Part shown: in pieces, positions 48,487 to 60,500 of the stretch
How positions within the stretch are numbered: the stretch's first letter is position 1
Layout: every line of letters starts with the position of its first letter
Assembly: GCA_965178125.1 (NCBI GenBank)
Contig: OZ237744.1
Coordinates: 62,001-126,000 of the forward strand
From: Bilabrum cf. latius
Lineage: Eukaryota
Length of the DNA stretch: 64,000 bases
Reading direction: 5' to 3'
The notes under the pieces: generated by a model
What the model saw: only the letters and a program-made list of their open reading frames with translations
Told to the model about the DNA's origin: nothing
The model's database searches: none
Translations under genes and position numbers: made by a program

Positions 48487-51400
48487 TTATCTTTCTCGAC
48501 TTGCTACTATTTGCAAAAGCTCCCGGATCCCCTACACCGAAACAGGCTTCAGCAGCACATTTTCTGCCCCACACTCCTTGAAATGCTCAACATCCTCCGG
48601 CAGAGCATTCCCCGTCACGCCCACCACCGATATGCCTCGTACAGACTCGCGCTTATCAGCCCTAAGCCGAATCACCATCTCAGGCCCAGACATGCGCGGC
48701 ATTGAGAAGTCCAGCAGTACCAGCCGCACGGAGCACCTGGCGGCATCGACAGCGCCCGCACCACCACCGTTCTACACCTCCTCTTCAATAACCTCCAGCG
48801 CATGCACCCCGTCGCTGGCCTGCAGCACCCGAGTACCCTTCCATGCCGCCGGCATGCACCGCTTAACGATCGACGCAAGCAACACGCGATTAGAACGGCT
48901 GTCGTCCACAACGAGCACGCAAGGGGTGCGGGAGGTGAAAGGCAGCTCGCGGGGATTTGGCCCAGTCCCTGCTCTTGCAGAGGCTCCTGCGGGAGCATCA
49001 CTTGTAGCACCGGACCTAGGCACATCACGGATTGCCTGTAGAGCCGGTCTGCTGCCTTCCCCGGCCTTCTCTCGCTTTTTGACCACCCGCCTTTTCTTCT
49101 TCTTTGAAGGGGTACGGTCTTCACTTGGCGGTCTCGCGGTACCCGCGACCTTGAGCGCAGCAGACGAGCCATCGTTCGTCGGTTCGAAGCCCAAACCAGG
49201 ACGAGATATTCTTCGTACTTCGAATCGATTTGACTCATCTGACCCGTACTTTGTGGCGCTAGCATTCGCGATCTCCTTGCCCACCCGAGCATGGCTCGTG
49301 TCGGCGCTGCGATCATGGGGCTTATCGCCTGAGCCTTTTGGTGCCACATCCACAGTTTCAGCTCGCAGCCACAGGAAAAAGATGCTGCCCGCACCTGGAC
49401 AGCTGCTGAACCCGCAGCAGCCCCCGTGCAGCCGTAGCACCTGCGCCGCCACAGCCAGCCCAAGCCCCGACCCCTGCCCCTCCGATGTGAGGATCCCCGA
49501 GTGCAGCCCGTCCAGAGCAGAGAACACCCCGCCCCAGTCCCGGCGGTCTATCCCGTTGCCATTGTCTAGAACCCAAAGGCACACGTGCTGCTGAGATGCG
49601 CCGTCAGAGAGCAGATGTGTGAGCTAATCTGGACCTGCGTCGCGTTCCGGCGGCAAGGCATCCTGCCCTTGAGTCGTCACCAAGTCACGGTTCATGCTGC
49701 TCCTCTTCGACGCGCCTCCATTCATCTGCAAATCGGGTCGCGGAGTGGGTAAGGAGCGCTCGAGCTGCAAGTATTGGCCCGCACTCGCTGGTTCCACGCA
49801 ACAGACGCCCATCCTCTCATGAATACTCCCGTCTGTAGGGGCTTCCAAATCGGCAGGCTTCTCCTGCTCTTTCCCGTCAGTGAGCGAGACAGTGGAGACC
49901 AGCCCTGCTACTGCTGCACTGTTCGGCTGACTGTGCGTGTCTACAAAGTACTTGCTGCCGGTCTTGGTTGTCCCACTGCAAGCCGCGCCCCCGATGGCAG
50001 GGCCGGGGAGAGGCGGACCAGCCGATGATGCTAGATACACTGGCGGCTCGTCGGCATCAGTATCACGCCCCACTTCCTGTGGCATTCGAGAAAAGAACAC
50101 TGTGGCATTGCGTCTTACCGTAGGTCCGACTACGGCGGCCTTGGCACTGGGAGGCCCTCCTTGCCCGGTAGGGTTAGCCTCAGCATCTTCCACGACAGCA
50201 CCGAGGCCAGCCTGCCCCGCCACGAGGCTGGCTGTGCGGATGCTCGGTCTGCTGCTGCTGCTGCCAACGGTCACTTCTGCCGGGCCTACGGATGACTCGC
50301 TACGATCAGTTGTTTCAGTAATCGATGAATGCATGCCTTCAGAAGCATCAACTGAGCTCGACTGGGGCTCATGCGGCAGCTCAGCCTGCAATTTCGAGCG
50401 ACCATCAAAAACGACGCGGCACAATCGACCAGCTGTTGCTTTGCCCATCATATTGACGGCCCTGGCCCAATCTTGCTGAGTCCATAGATGCGGAGGTGCT
50501 CGTGAGCTGCCAATGAAGACAGATGATAGCGCACTTGCACTAGCAGCCGCACTGGCTTCCCCTGCTTCCTCCCGAGAGTCCCGTACGCTCCAGTGGATCG
50601 CGTTCGAAATCAGGGTGGTCAGCGCGGCCTGAAGCTTTTCAGAATCAAGATTGAAGCTATGATTCCACTGGCCAACTGACGCTGGCACCATCGAAGAAGA
50701 CAATTCGCTTGACTCGCGTTCCTATGAGGCTTCGGCCAGCTCTAGCTCGGTCCCGGATAGCAAATCTGTGTATTGGAGACGCACCTCGGAATGGGAAGCC
50801 TGCACGCTGAGACGGCCAGCCACTGATCTCAGGAGAGCCTCATCGATTCGAGTTGGTACTTCACGAATGCTCATGGTTCTCGTTTCTATCTGCTCCAAGC
50901 TGACCACATCGTTCAGCGTGGCCTGCATCGACTGTGCAGCTGTCTGCATCGACGGGATCACGGTCCGAAGCGAGCTAAGGGAGCCTTCCAGAGTAGGCTC
51001 GTCGTGGAAAGATCCGGACATGCTGGTGGGTTGCACATCACGTGGAGATTGCAACCAAGCGTGCCTCCTCCGTGTTCCATCGGCTGCCGCCTGCGCCTCC
51101 TTCGCTGCGTCGCTGGCGAATTCCAGACCCAGCACCACCGAGTTCAGAGGCACCCTACACTCGTGAGATACGAACCGAAGCCGCGCTCGCAGCGCAGCTG
51201 CGTGCTTATCCGCTTGCTTCACTGCCATTTCCAGCTCGTCGGATTGGACTGCAAATAGGTGCAAGGCAGCAAGAACCGACATACGCAGCACAAGCCATGC
51301 GAACCGCCAACCAACCTCGACTGTAACATAAACAATCGCTGCATTGTGCCAGTGGCGGCCGAGAAGGTCTGCAATGCTACTTCTCGCCAACTCTGAGTCT

Positions 51401-52209
51401 TTGCAGGGGAAAAATCCTCGTATTCCAGCAACTCTGGTGTATGCGCACGTGCAAATATTCGTTGGCTGCACGAGTGCGGCATCTTGCACAACGTTGGTGA
51501 TGACGAAGTGCAATAGGCACGCTGTAGCTAGTCCCTTCAGCACGCTCGCTAGAAAAACTGTTCTTGATCTGACTTGCTGCACCAGGGCAGCCCCAAGCTA
51601 GCTTTGCGCCGATGGTCGCAAGCCAAGCCCGTCACTGTCGCTGCTGCTGCTGTCGTGCGAGGCAAATGGCGTGGCATCACGCATCAGACCCTCTGCGACG
51701 CAGAACAAACTTTGCTTACTCTAATGGCCAATGCGGGACGCTGTACCAGATTGATTTACACTGGTGGGAGCCACTGCTGTGCTACGGTTGCGAAAGCACT
51801 GGCACGACTGAACACCTGGATCCAAGCCCACCAGCGCAGTGCGATAGAACGCATACACATCGCCACCCCGGAGAAGCCAATTCATGGTGGCATCATTGCC
51901 CGTCCCGGGTGCGACGGTCCTGTTCGTACGCCGAGTGTCGTCATCATTTGCCAGATTGCCGCGAGCTCCCATACATTCGCAGCTGCAATTCTCCTTGAAG
52001 TAACCACGCTCAACGGAAGCGAGGTATTCGCTGGCACTGTCTGGCGTGAATTGAGTGCCATCTTGTGAGAGAGCAGCAAGTACCACAAGCATCTATCTCT
52101 GACCCATACGCAATGCTGAGTCCAGGCCGGGGTTCGGCTGTGGTTTGGATTCTTTGCGACCAGCGGATCCGCCTGCGGGAACTGAACTGCAAGTCGGGTT
52201 GCAGCATGA

Positions 52210-52261
<52 letters not shown>

Positions 52262-54162
52262 CAGCATCTAGCAATTCTGTTCGACCGCACGGCATCGCAT
52301 ATGCAATACCCGCAGCATGCTGCTCTGCATGCTATCGAATCCAGGCAGGCACCTAGCAGTATCGAGGTTCGGATGGACACTGGCACGCTATCCATCTCAC
52401 AAATCTGGCTGAGCGTTACTCCAAGATCATGATGCTCAGAGCCACGCTGACCGCTGCTTGACCGTTGTGTTTTCGGGGAACGTTCGCTCGGAACAGGAGC
52501 GACCGCAAAGGCCGACGGCGGCAAGCGGTGGGTGGCACCACGGATCCTTTGCAGCTTCAATGACACGAAATGCCTCCCAAACTCTTCATCAGCAGTAATG
52601 ATGGCCTTATGCATGCCTACAGTTGGAGTGCATACAAATAGGCAAAATCCACACGGCACAAGCACCAGGTATGTCACCGCGAGCAGTATTGTCAGAGCCG
52701 GCAACACTGCGACCATGCCCTTCAACGGCTACTTGTACATCATCGGGTGGTCCGTACCGGTTCCATTCAGCACGGACCTAGCTTGCAGCGGAAATCTAAT
52801 GCTTGGACTCGAGTACTGCGCAGCCACCGAACGGGCGTACTACAAAGCAGCAAGAGCGACCGAGGCCTCCGCCGACGTTATACGGGCGAGGCACGCGTGA
52901 ATTATGTTGGATGTGGTCACCCCATTCACAAGCCCGGTCGCAGAAGAGGCTCTGGATCCGCCCTGGTCCAGCGCGGCACTGGCATTGGCCAGGTCGTTGG
53001 GCGCCAGGACCAGCGAGGCGTGCTGCTGCATGGCTAGGAAATGCACAGGCTGCCCATCGTTGCCCAGCAGTAGCGGTGCAGCCCATGGTTGGTATCCATG
53101 CTACTCCAGGTATGCGTGTGAGCCGTTGACCCGGCGAATCGTCTCTAGCTCCCGCACGGCGCTGACACCCGCAGTGTACGACTCGGTTGATGCATGCAGG
53201 TTCGAAAATCCGATAGAGACTGAAGCGATCGCGTTTGCGGCGAATCCGAACGCAACCATGTGGAGAATACCCCGCAGCCGTCCTCGTTTTGCCCGAAGCT
53301 CAGCGGCTGGGGATACAGCGTTGGCTGAGCCAATGATCATCGTCGCAATCACAGCCGTGCTGATAAAAACAGCTCCAGCCAGTGGTGTTCCAGGGGAAAT
53401 CGCAGCCGAGTGTGGCATAGATTCCCTAACATTACCAATTGTCCAATCGTTCCCATTCATTGCCTCGGAAAGGTATCTCGTAGCACCGATAGCCAAGTTG
53501 ATTGCCCCGGCAAACACGATGACCATCGGACCTCTCCCGAAAATCCCACCGTTTGATGCCGCACGAGAGGGGACTAACTAGAACAATGATTCAATTGCAG
53601 CCATAATTCCAAGAGCAAAGACCAGCAAGGACAAAATTGATCGGCGAGATGTACAGGCTTTCCCAGCTTTGGCATGGCATTCGCTAGCACAATGCCTTCC
53701 CCATGAGCAGCAGTTCAGCCCTGAATGGTATTTATATCTTGAGCTGTCAGAAAGAGCACATCCGCACAATGCCTGTGGGCCGAGCTTCACTTCTTGAGCA
53801 AACACTGACCCGAACACAAGGCAAGCCACAACCGACAAAATAATAAGAGCTACGCACGTGTTGCCGATGAATGTCTGCACCAGCGATACTGTGAGACCGT
53901 ACTTTTCATCACTTGATACATAGCCTGTAAGGGCAGACATGTTGGATTCCACTTCAACAGGCCAAGGTGCTGTCATGTCAGACATCACGTTGAGATGGCT
54001 GCGATACAGCACAGCATCTCCGAAAAGGCTTGCGAAGAAATCTAGAAGTAGAACCGCAACCAATAGTAGTAGGGATGAAATCATAAACGGTGCAAGCAGC
54101 GACTGCCGTGCTGTCGTCGCAAGAACGTTGGCTCCGGCAATGGCCGTTCGTGGTCGCATCAT
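48487..54162 (-). CDS. Multi-pass membrane hybrid histidine kinase (HisKA, HATPase, receiver), ~1891 aa, no intron needed
   Basis: H-box LRFVSHECRVPLNSV, N-box LISNAIHW, G1 VLDNGNGI, G2 GSGLGLAV..LHGG..GAGSIF, receiver VLVVDDSRSNR..LVLLDFSMPRMSG..GVTGNA..KPV. Single frame through TAG at 53578, 53101, 52840, 52729, 52093, 51721, 51598, 50722, 49624, 48772 and 48532; ends TAA. Confidence 0.88.
52213..52257. repeat. (GCA)15 microsatellite, read as (TGC)15 = poly-Cys in the histidine kinase frame
   Basis: Perfect trinucleotide run, in frame with the minus-strand kinase ORF (RCCY-C15-SSCC). Confidence 0.93.
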
Positions 54163-54529
54163 AATCTGGTGTGCGTTGGGGCAATCAGCTCGTCTGGTTC
54201 ATGCAGCCAAGACTGAAAATAAAACACTTGAATAGCTTGCAATTAGCCGAGACCGAGACAAAAGTAGAGTCGTTGAACAGTGTGTTAGATCTAAATTGAA
54301 TTTGGGTGTGGAATTGGCACTGGAGCCGCAACAATGCGCTGCACCCGCAACTGATGATGACCCTGATAACGAAAAGGTCATTATGTAGCACAGGCTGTGC
54401 CGCTCGGTAGTCTAAAACACACAATCTATTGATAGTTTCATTGTTCCTTCGGCCACAACCATAAAATTCGTCTATTGCAGGCATGCAACGGACCTACTCC
54501 CCTCGAGCTTGAACGGGGCATGAATAAAA

Positions 54530-57500
54530 TTACTTGCCCTTCGATGACTTTGCCACTAGCCGCAACCGGGTGTACAGCAGCTGCATAGACCGTGCTTGCT
54601 TTCTGCCGAACTGCTGCAAGGAGTGGGCCGGCTCCTCACCCGCCTTGCCCTCCTTTGCGTCATCCAGCCCCTTCACCTCAAACCTCTCGGTGGGACGGAC
54701 CGATCGCAAGGGTGACGTCGGGTGCAGCAAGTGGTGGGAGGCAGAGGCGGGCAGCATTACTGGCACCCCAACAACCTCTTCGAGCTCGTCATCGCTCCCG
54801 ATCAGGTCCAGCTCTTCCTCGTGCAGCAGCGGCTGGCCCTCCCTTCCCTCCATGGACTGCAGCATCAGCCGGACGGAAGTGCGGTCTACCTTGCCGCTGG
54901 CCGACCGCCAGGCCTTCCTGCACACCTCCAGCTCAGCTTTATACGCAGTGCTCAGCTGAAACGAAGGCGTGGAGGCTCCACTGCCGCCATGCCGCGCCCC
55001 GCTGCCGGCCCCAGTACCATGCCTGCCAGCGCCAGCAGCACTCACCGACGGTTGCACGTACTGCGTCATGTCCGTGCAACCGCCCTCTACAACTAGCGCG
55101 CCATGGATAGCCAGGTCTTTGCCATCCAATGGCCGCATCAAATCGTGGCCCCGCGGCAGCCTTGTTGACAAGGGGTGCGAATCGCACCACGCAAGCCACT
55201 GCCTTGCATGCGATGCCACGGCTGCAGACCCGCGGCACCAGCGCAGCACCTCCGTTGAGCGCACGCACAGCCTCCCAATCCCTCGGAGCACGGCCTCTGT
55301 CCACCTGTAGTACGTCTGCCCCCTCTTGACCTCGTCGAAGAGCCCAAGGAGCACGGTTTCTCTCCTCCACTCGGTCAGCGAGTCCACGAGCGCGTCCTTC
55401 ACGGCAGACAGGTCCCCGCCCATCTCGAGGTATGCCTTGTCGACCGCCTCCGTATCATCTTCATCCAGGTCGCCTTTGGCGATAGCCTTGGCGACTCGTT
55501 TGGCTCGCTTGGCACACCACTTTAGTCGCCTGTACGAGCCCGCCAGCAAACCCACCGCGCGCATAGGCACCTGAGTCCCTGTGCCTTCCTGCTCCCGAAC
55601 GGCCTGCACCGCGGCAGCGCATGCAACCTCGGACACGGTCCTATTTTCCCTGCACAACAGGGAGAGGACTCGGCGCCCCAGCCGCGATCTGGTCGAGTCA
55701 GACATGGAGTGCGCCAACACCCTCAAGAATGCGAACGAAGTCACGCTGCTCCCGAACCTCCCAGCGCCTAGCTTACCCTGAGCTGCCCCTCCGCTAGCCG
55801 CACCGCCTTCTGCTACCTACCCAGTCGATTCACGCTGCTGCGAGGCTGGCAGCAGCTCCGCCAGCAGCTACAGGCAGGGCGTCGGCAGGCTAACAACGCA
55901 GTCGTTCGGCGAGACCAGCTCGACAGCAGGCGCTGCGGTGCCAGCACTCGCTGAGGCAGCCCTCGCGTTCGTCACACTTGCCATGGCCGCCGCAAGCCTC
56001 CGGACGGCGCCCGCATCCCCGGCACCTGCGGCTGCGATCAGCTCCACCCACTGCCCTTCGATGCCCTCGAAGGGGCCCAGGCCGGCCTTCGCGATCGCCT
56101 CGAGCAGACCGGCCACGGCGGCCACCCGAGAGGACCCGGGGCCCATTTGAGACACGGATAGGAGACCGCACGGCGGGCCGTCGTCGTTGCTTGCTGCTGA
56201 TCCGCCGGCTTTCTTGATTGCTTCCGCGTTCACTTTCTCATCGGCGTCGGAGGCAAAGGCAGTCGCGAACGCGGCGGGCAGCGTCGTACGGCACAGTCGC
56301 TGGACGATGTTCAACTCAGTTGCATCCCCGGTTGTTACGTCGCTCGCAGAAGCAGCGGATACTTCATCGCCAGCACTGCTCTGTGCCGCTGCGAGATACG
56401 GCTGCAGGGTCCGGACGGCAGAGAGCAGCGCTTGCGCCACGGCCTGCCTCACCTCATCGTGCCCGCACTTGGCAAGCATGGACTCCAGCATGGTTGACCT
56501 GCCGACCGTCTCTCCCATGAACTCAAGGAACCACGCCGCACCGTCGGCGTAGCGGCGCAGCAATTGAGTGCATAGCACGTGCCGCCACTGGCCCATTGGC
56601 GTCCGGCCAGCCGCGTCCAACCGCGAGAGGGTGCCAAAGAGATACTGAGCAGCGAGCTGCACCTGCGCCACTCCGGACGCCCCTGGACCCGCGGATTCGG
56701 CGCCGGAATCTGCCACAGAATCTGCGGCGCGGGGGCCTCCCCGCAGCATGTCTCGAATTCTCGCGGCGTCCATGCGGCCCGCTGCCCTCGCATGTGCCTC
56801 GTCAAGCGCAATTGACGTGGCTTCCTCTAGCGCCTTGGCAGCTTCCAAGTCGTCCTGCGGGAAATGGACCTTGATCCCCGGTGGCAGCTCAAGCTTGATG
56901 CTGTGGCCTTGCAGGTCCGTGGGCGGCGCCTCGTGCATCGCTGCCACGTCACAGGCAAACGCAGCGTACGACGGTTGCGTCACCACGTCGATGTACTGTC
57001 CCTCCAAGTTCTGCGACCATGCCTCCTCCCAGATCTCCCGGGGAAGAGGCACTCGGCCCGAGCTCTCTCTGGCGTTCGTGACGTGAGACTTCGTGCGGCG
57101 TAGCCTGGGTGCTTGCCCAGGGTTGTCTCCGCCTGCACCGCTCGATGGACCCTCGCTCTGCGGCCCACTGCCGCCAGCAACACACTCCTCCTCCTCCTGC
57201 TCTTCATCTTCCTCATCTTCTTCCTCGTCCTCTTCGTTGTCGCCGGCCGGAGCTCCGGGTGACCCGGCACTATCGTTCGCCCCCTGACCCACCTGTACAC
57301 CGGCAGCCTTCTCGCCCTGGGGACCCTTTCGCCCCTCCACCGGCTCCTACAGGGCCTGGTGATACACATCCACAGCACCTTCAAGCCAGTCCACGACGGT
57401 GTCCTCTGACAGGCGGTCGTACATGAGAAGGAAGCCGTTCTGATTGCCCCCATCGGACCCTCCGAAGGCCTCAGTGACGATCTTTGACTTGGGGAACGGA

Positions 57501-60500
57501 TCCACCCGCCTGTCGTTGAACTCGAACCAGCCTGCATCCTCGTCCAGCTCCAATTCTTTCATGGCTGCCTGCAGCGCGCCGTTCTGCCTGGTTTGCAGGT
57601 GATGGTCAGTCAAGCCCGCCCAGGACACGGCGCCCTCGCCCCGCAGCGCGCTCTCGGCAGCCTGCAGCAGCTCCGCCGCCTTCTCCTTGGACTCCGGAGC
57701 CTTGGGGGCCTTGAGCACGACAGGCAGTCTGCGGTCGCGGATGAGGCTGTAGTAGTGACCGGCTTGAGCCGTGCCTCTGTGAATGACCACACCGCTCAGC
57801 AGGAAAACGGACCTGCACGGCGCCTCGCTCTGCGATGTGAGCTCTTCGGGGAGGGCGGCAACGCTCGGATCCGGGGTGATGCTGGGACTGGCGGACGGCT
57901 GCTTGCTCTTTAAAGGGGGTTGTTTCGGACTGATCTTTCCTCCTTCCGCGTCTTCCGCAGCTGCCTGTGCTTGCGCCTTGATTGCGTCTCTGTGCCGCCT
58001 GGCAAGGCCGGCTGCCGTGTACGGGTGCATGTCCAGTACGTGCGGGAACGCATAAAAATCGTTCACCTTCTTCATCACGAAGGTCTGCATGTCAAACGCA
58101 AAGCGCCTCAGGTGGAGAACCATGTGTGGCGGCAGCGACTGCAGCATCTGTCGCTTGGAGGTCCGTTTCGCGACGCTTGTAATCGCGCCATCCGGGCTGC
58201 TATCGTCCAGCTGCTCCCACTTGTAGTCATCGACCACATCCGCCTCCATGGCGGCATCCAGCCCTTCCTCCAGGGTGCTCTTTCCCTCTACAGGCACAGA
58301 GAGGAACTTCGAGGGCTCTAAGCGGGTCTTGAAGTACCGCAACTTGCTGGCATGCTCGATCGTAACAGGGGGTTCGCCTGCGCTGTCAGTTTGCTAATCC
58401 GACTGCCGCTCGCCGCCATCCAGCACGCTCACCTGCTCAATGTCAAGAATATCTGCGAGCATCTTTCTGTGTGTGGTACCGCTGACGGAATTATCAATGA
58501 TCTGGAAAAGTTTGGTGAGGAACTCGCTCGCGTCCTGCTGCCTGCTCGTGTCGACCGGCGCGCCGTCCCACTGCAGCTTCTTGCAGAAATGAGAGGGATC
58601 GTGGTACCTCATCTGCGACTCTTGCAGGGAGCCAAATACTCGCTGTAACTCGTACATGAGCTGTAGGTCAGTTTCATCCGTGCCCTTGCAACCGTAATCG
58701 CAGCTGAATAGGCTGCTTTCTCCTGCCGCGCTAGGCTCCTCGTCACCGGTGCTGACGTCCCACCGAATGACAGGCCTCTCGTCCTCTGACGTGTTGTCGA
58801 AGGAAAGAACAGCTTTCCTAAATGGCAGGATCATGAAGAACTGCTGCAGCGAACTGTTCATGTAGCAAGTGGAGCCCAAGTTGTGAAGACCAACGAACCC
58901 CGTCTCGCTGCGTTGTGCCGAGGTGGAGGCTACGGCACCGCTCGCAATATCCCAACGGTCCCCATCCGTGCCCTGAATCCTACCTTTGGCAGACATTAGG
59001 GCGTCCATGGAAGGGACAGACAGCCACAACGGCAAATCGGGGAAGCTCTCGATGAGCTCGTCGGCCTGCTGCGCTGCCTGCCTCGCGACTGCCGCTGCGG
59101 GGCCGCTAGCTGGGCCGTGCTGCGAGGCCAAGAGACGTACTACATGCTCGTGGCACTCTGGCCGCCCCCTGCACAGCGCAGTCAGCATCTCAAGCGCCCT
59201 CGATCGGCTGATCTTGGTCTTGGCCATCGGAGCCATGGCCTTATCGGCACGGTTCTGCTCGATCAGCCCAGTGCTTGCCCCCGTGGCCTGGCCCCCAAAC
59301 GCGAAGAGCACCCGGAACCAGAGCCAGTTGAGAAGCAGGGGCGCCCCCTTGGCGATCGTGTCGTCTGTCGAATCCGTCCCAGACGCCAGAGCGGTGGCAT
59401 CATCTCCATTGCCAGAGGACCTTCCAGCTGCAGAACCAGTGCCAGGGCCTCTTTCCTTGATCTGAGCTTCCCGCCCGATGAGCCCTGCGATTGCCATGAG
59501 CATAGAGACGAGAGCTGTGTCCCTCGAGTCTGTGGACCTGGTTTCTGCAACTGGCAGTGCTGCCGCTTCCACAACGAGCCGGGCAAAGAGGCTGGCAGAG
59601 GATGATGGCGCAGCCACCCCGATGGCTCTGCAAAGGGCGCGCATCATGGTCGAGAACGCCATGGATCTGGCCCTGTGCTTGCCCCTGGTGCTTGGCATCA
59701 TGGACAGGCACCTGTCAGCGAGAGCGATGAGAGGCGCGTGCGCGTCCATGGACCTAACCGCGCGCTCGGCCGCCTCTTGCGACATTGCTGGGGCATGCTC
59801 TCGGGCAGCAGAGAGGAGGGTGGCCGACGCCTGCGCTGCTAGCTGAAATGCCAGCCTCGTGGCACCGGCGCGAGCGTGGGGGTCCTTGGCCACAAGCGCG
59901 CAATCGAGCAGCTGCTGCTAAAGATTCGAAACTCCAGCAGCTGAGCTACCGCTTTCGCGGGAGGTTCCATCCTAACCGCAGTCGTTTCGAAGGATGTCCA
60001 GCGCCGCAGCTGCACGGTCATCGGCGCTCGGCAGCAGCCCGATGGCTCTTGTCAGTAGCCTGCCAGCCCACAGCATGGCAGCTCCTGCAGTGCTGCACAC
60101 CTCTTCAGACGGCGAAGACTTGGAGAAGCCCAGGCCGCTCGCCCAAGCAAGCGGAGCCCTCCGCGCTAACTGTGTGTTGGACGAGGCTCTAGAGGCGAGC
60201 CGGATGACAGCCAGACCAGCAGCTATCAGCTTCGTGTGAACTTCTGGCGCGGGCATCCCAAACACCGATGCCAAATCTACCGGCTGCGCGCCTTCGGTGG
60301 ATGGCTCTGCCTTACCAGCATCTTCACCGCCATCTTCGCACGGAGCATGCAACGATGCCATGATGCACAGCATTCGGCACGCGATTGCAGCGGACGCGAG
60401 CTGCATGGCCCCTGCCGACCTGCAGGCCGCGTCAGCTGCCGCAACCACCGTACCATCTGCCGCGCTTGAGCTCTGCCTCTCGAGCCCGGATGCGGCCGAT

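Noticed and set aside
52010-52295. Poly-Leu, poly-Ala or poly-Ser ORFs over the GCA repeat
   Set aside because: These are alternative frames of the same microsatellite. Only the poly-Cys frame is continuous with the histidine kinase.
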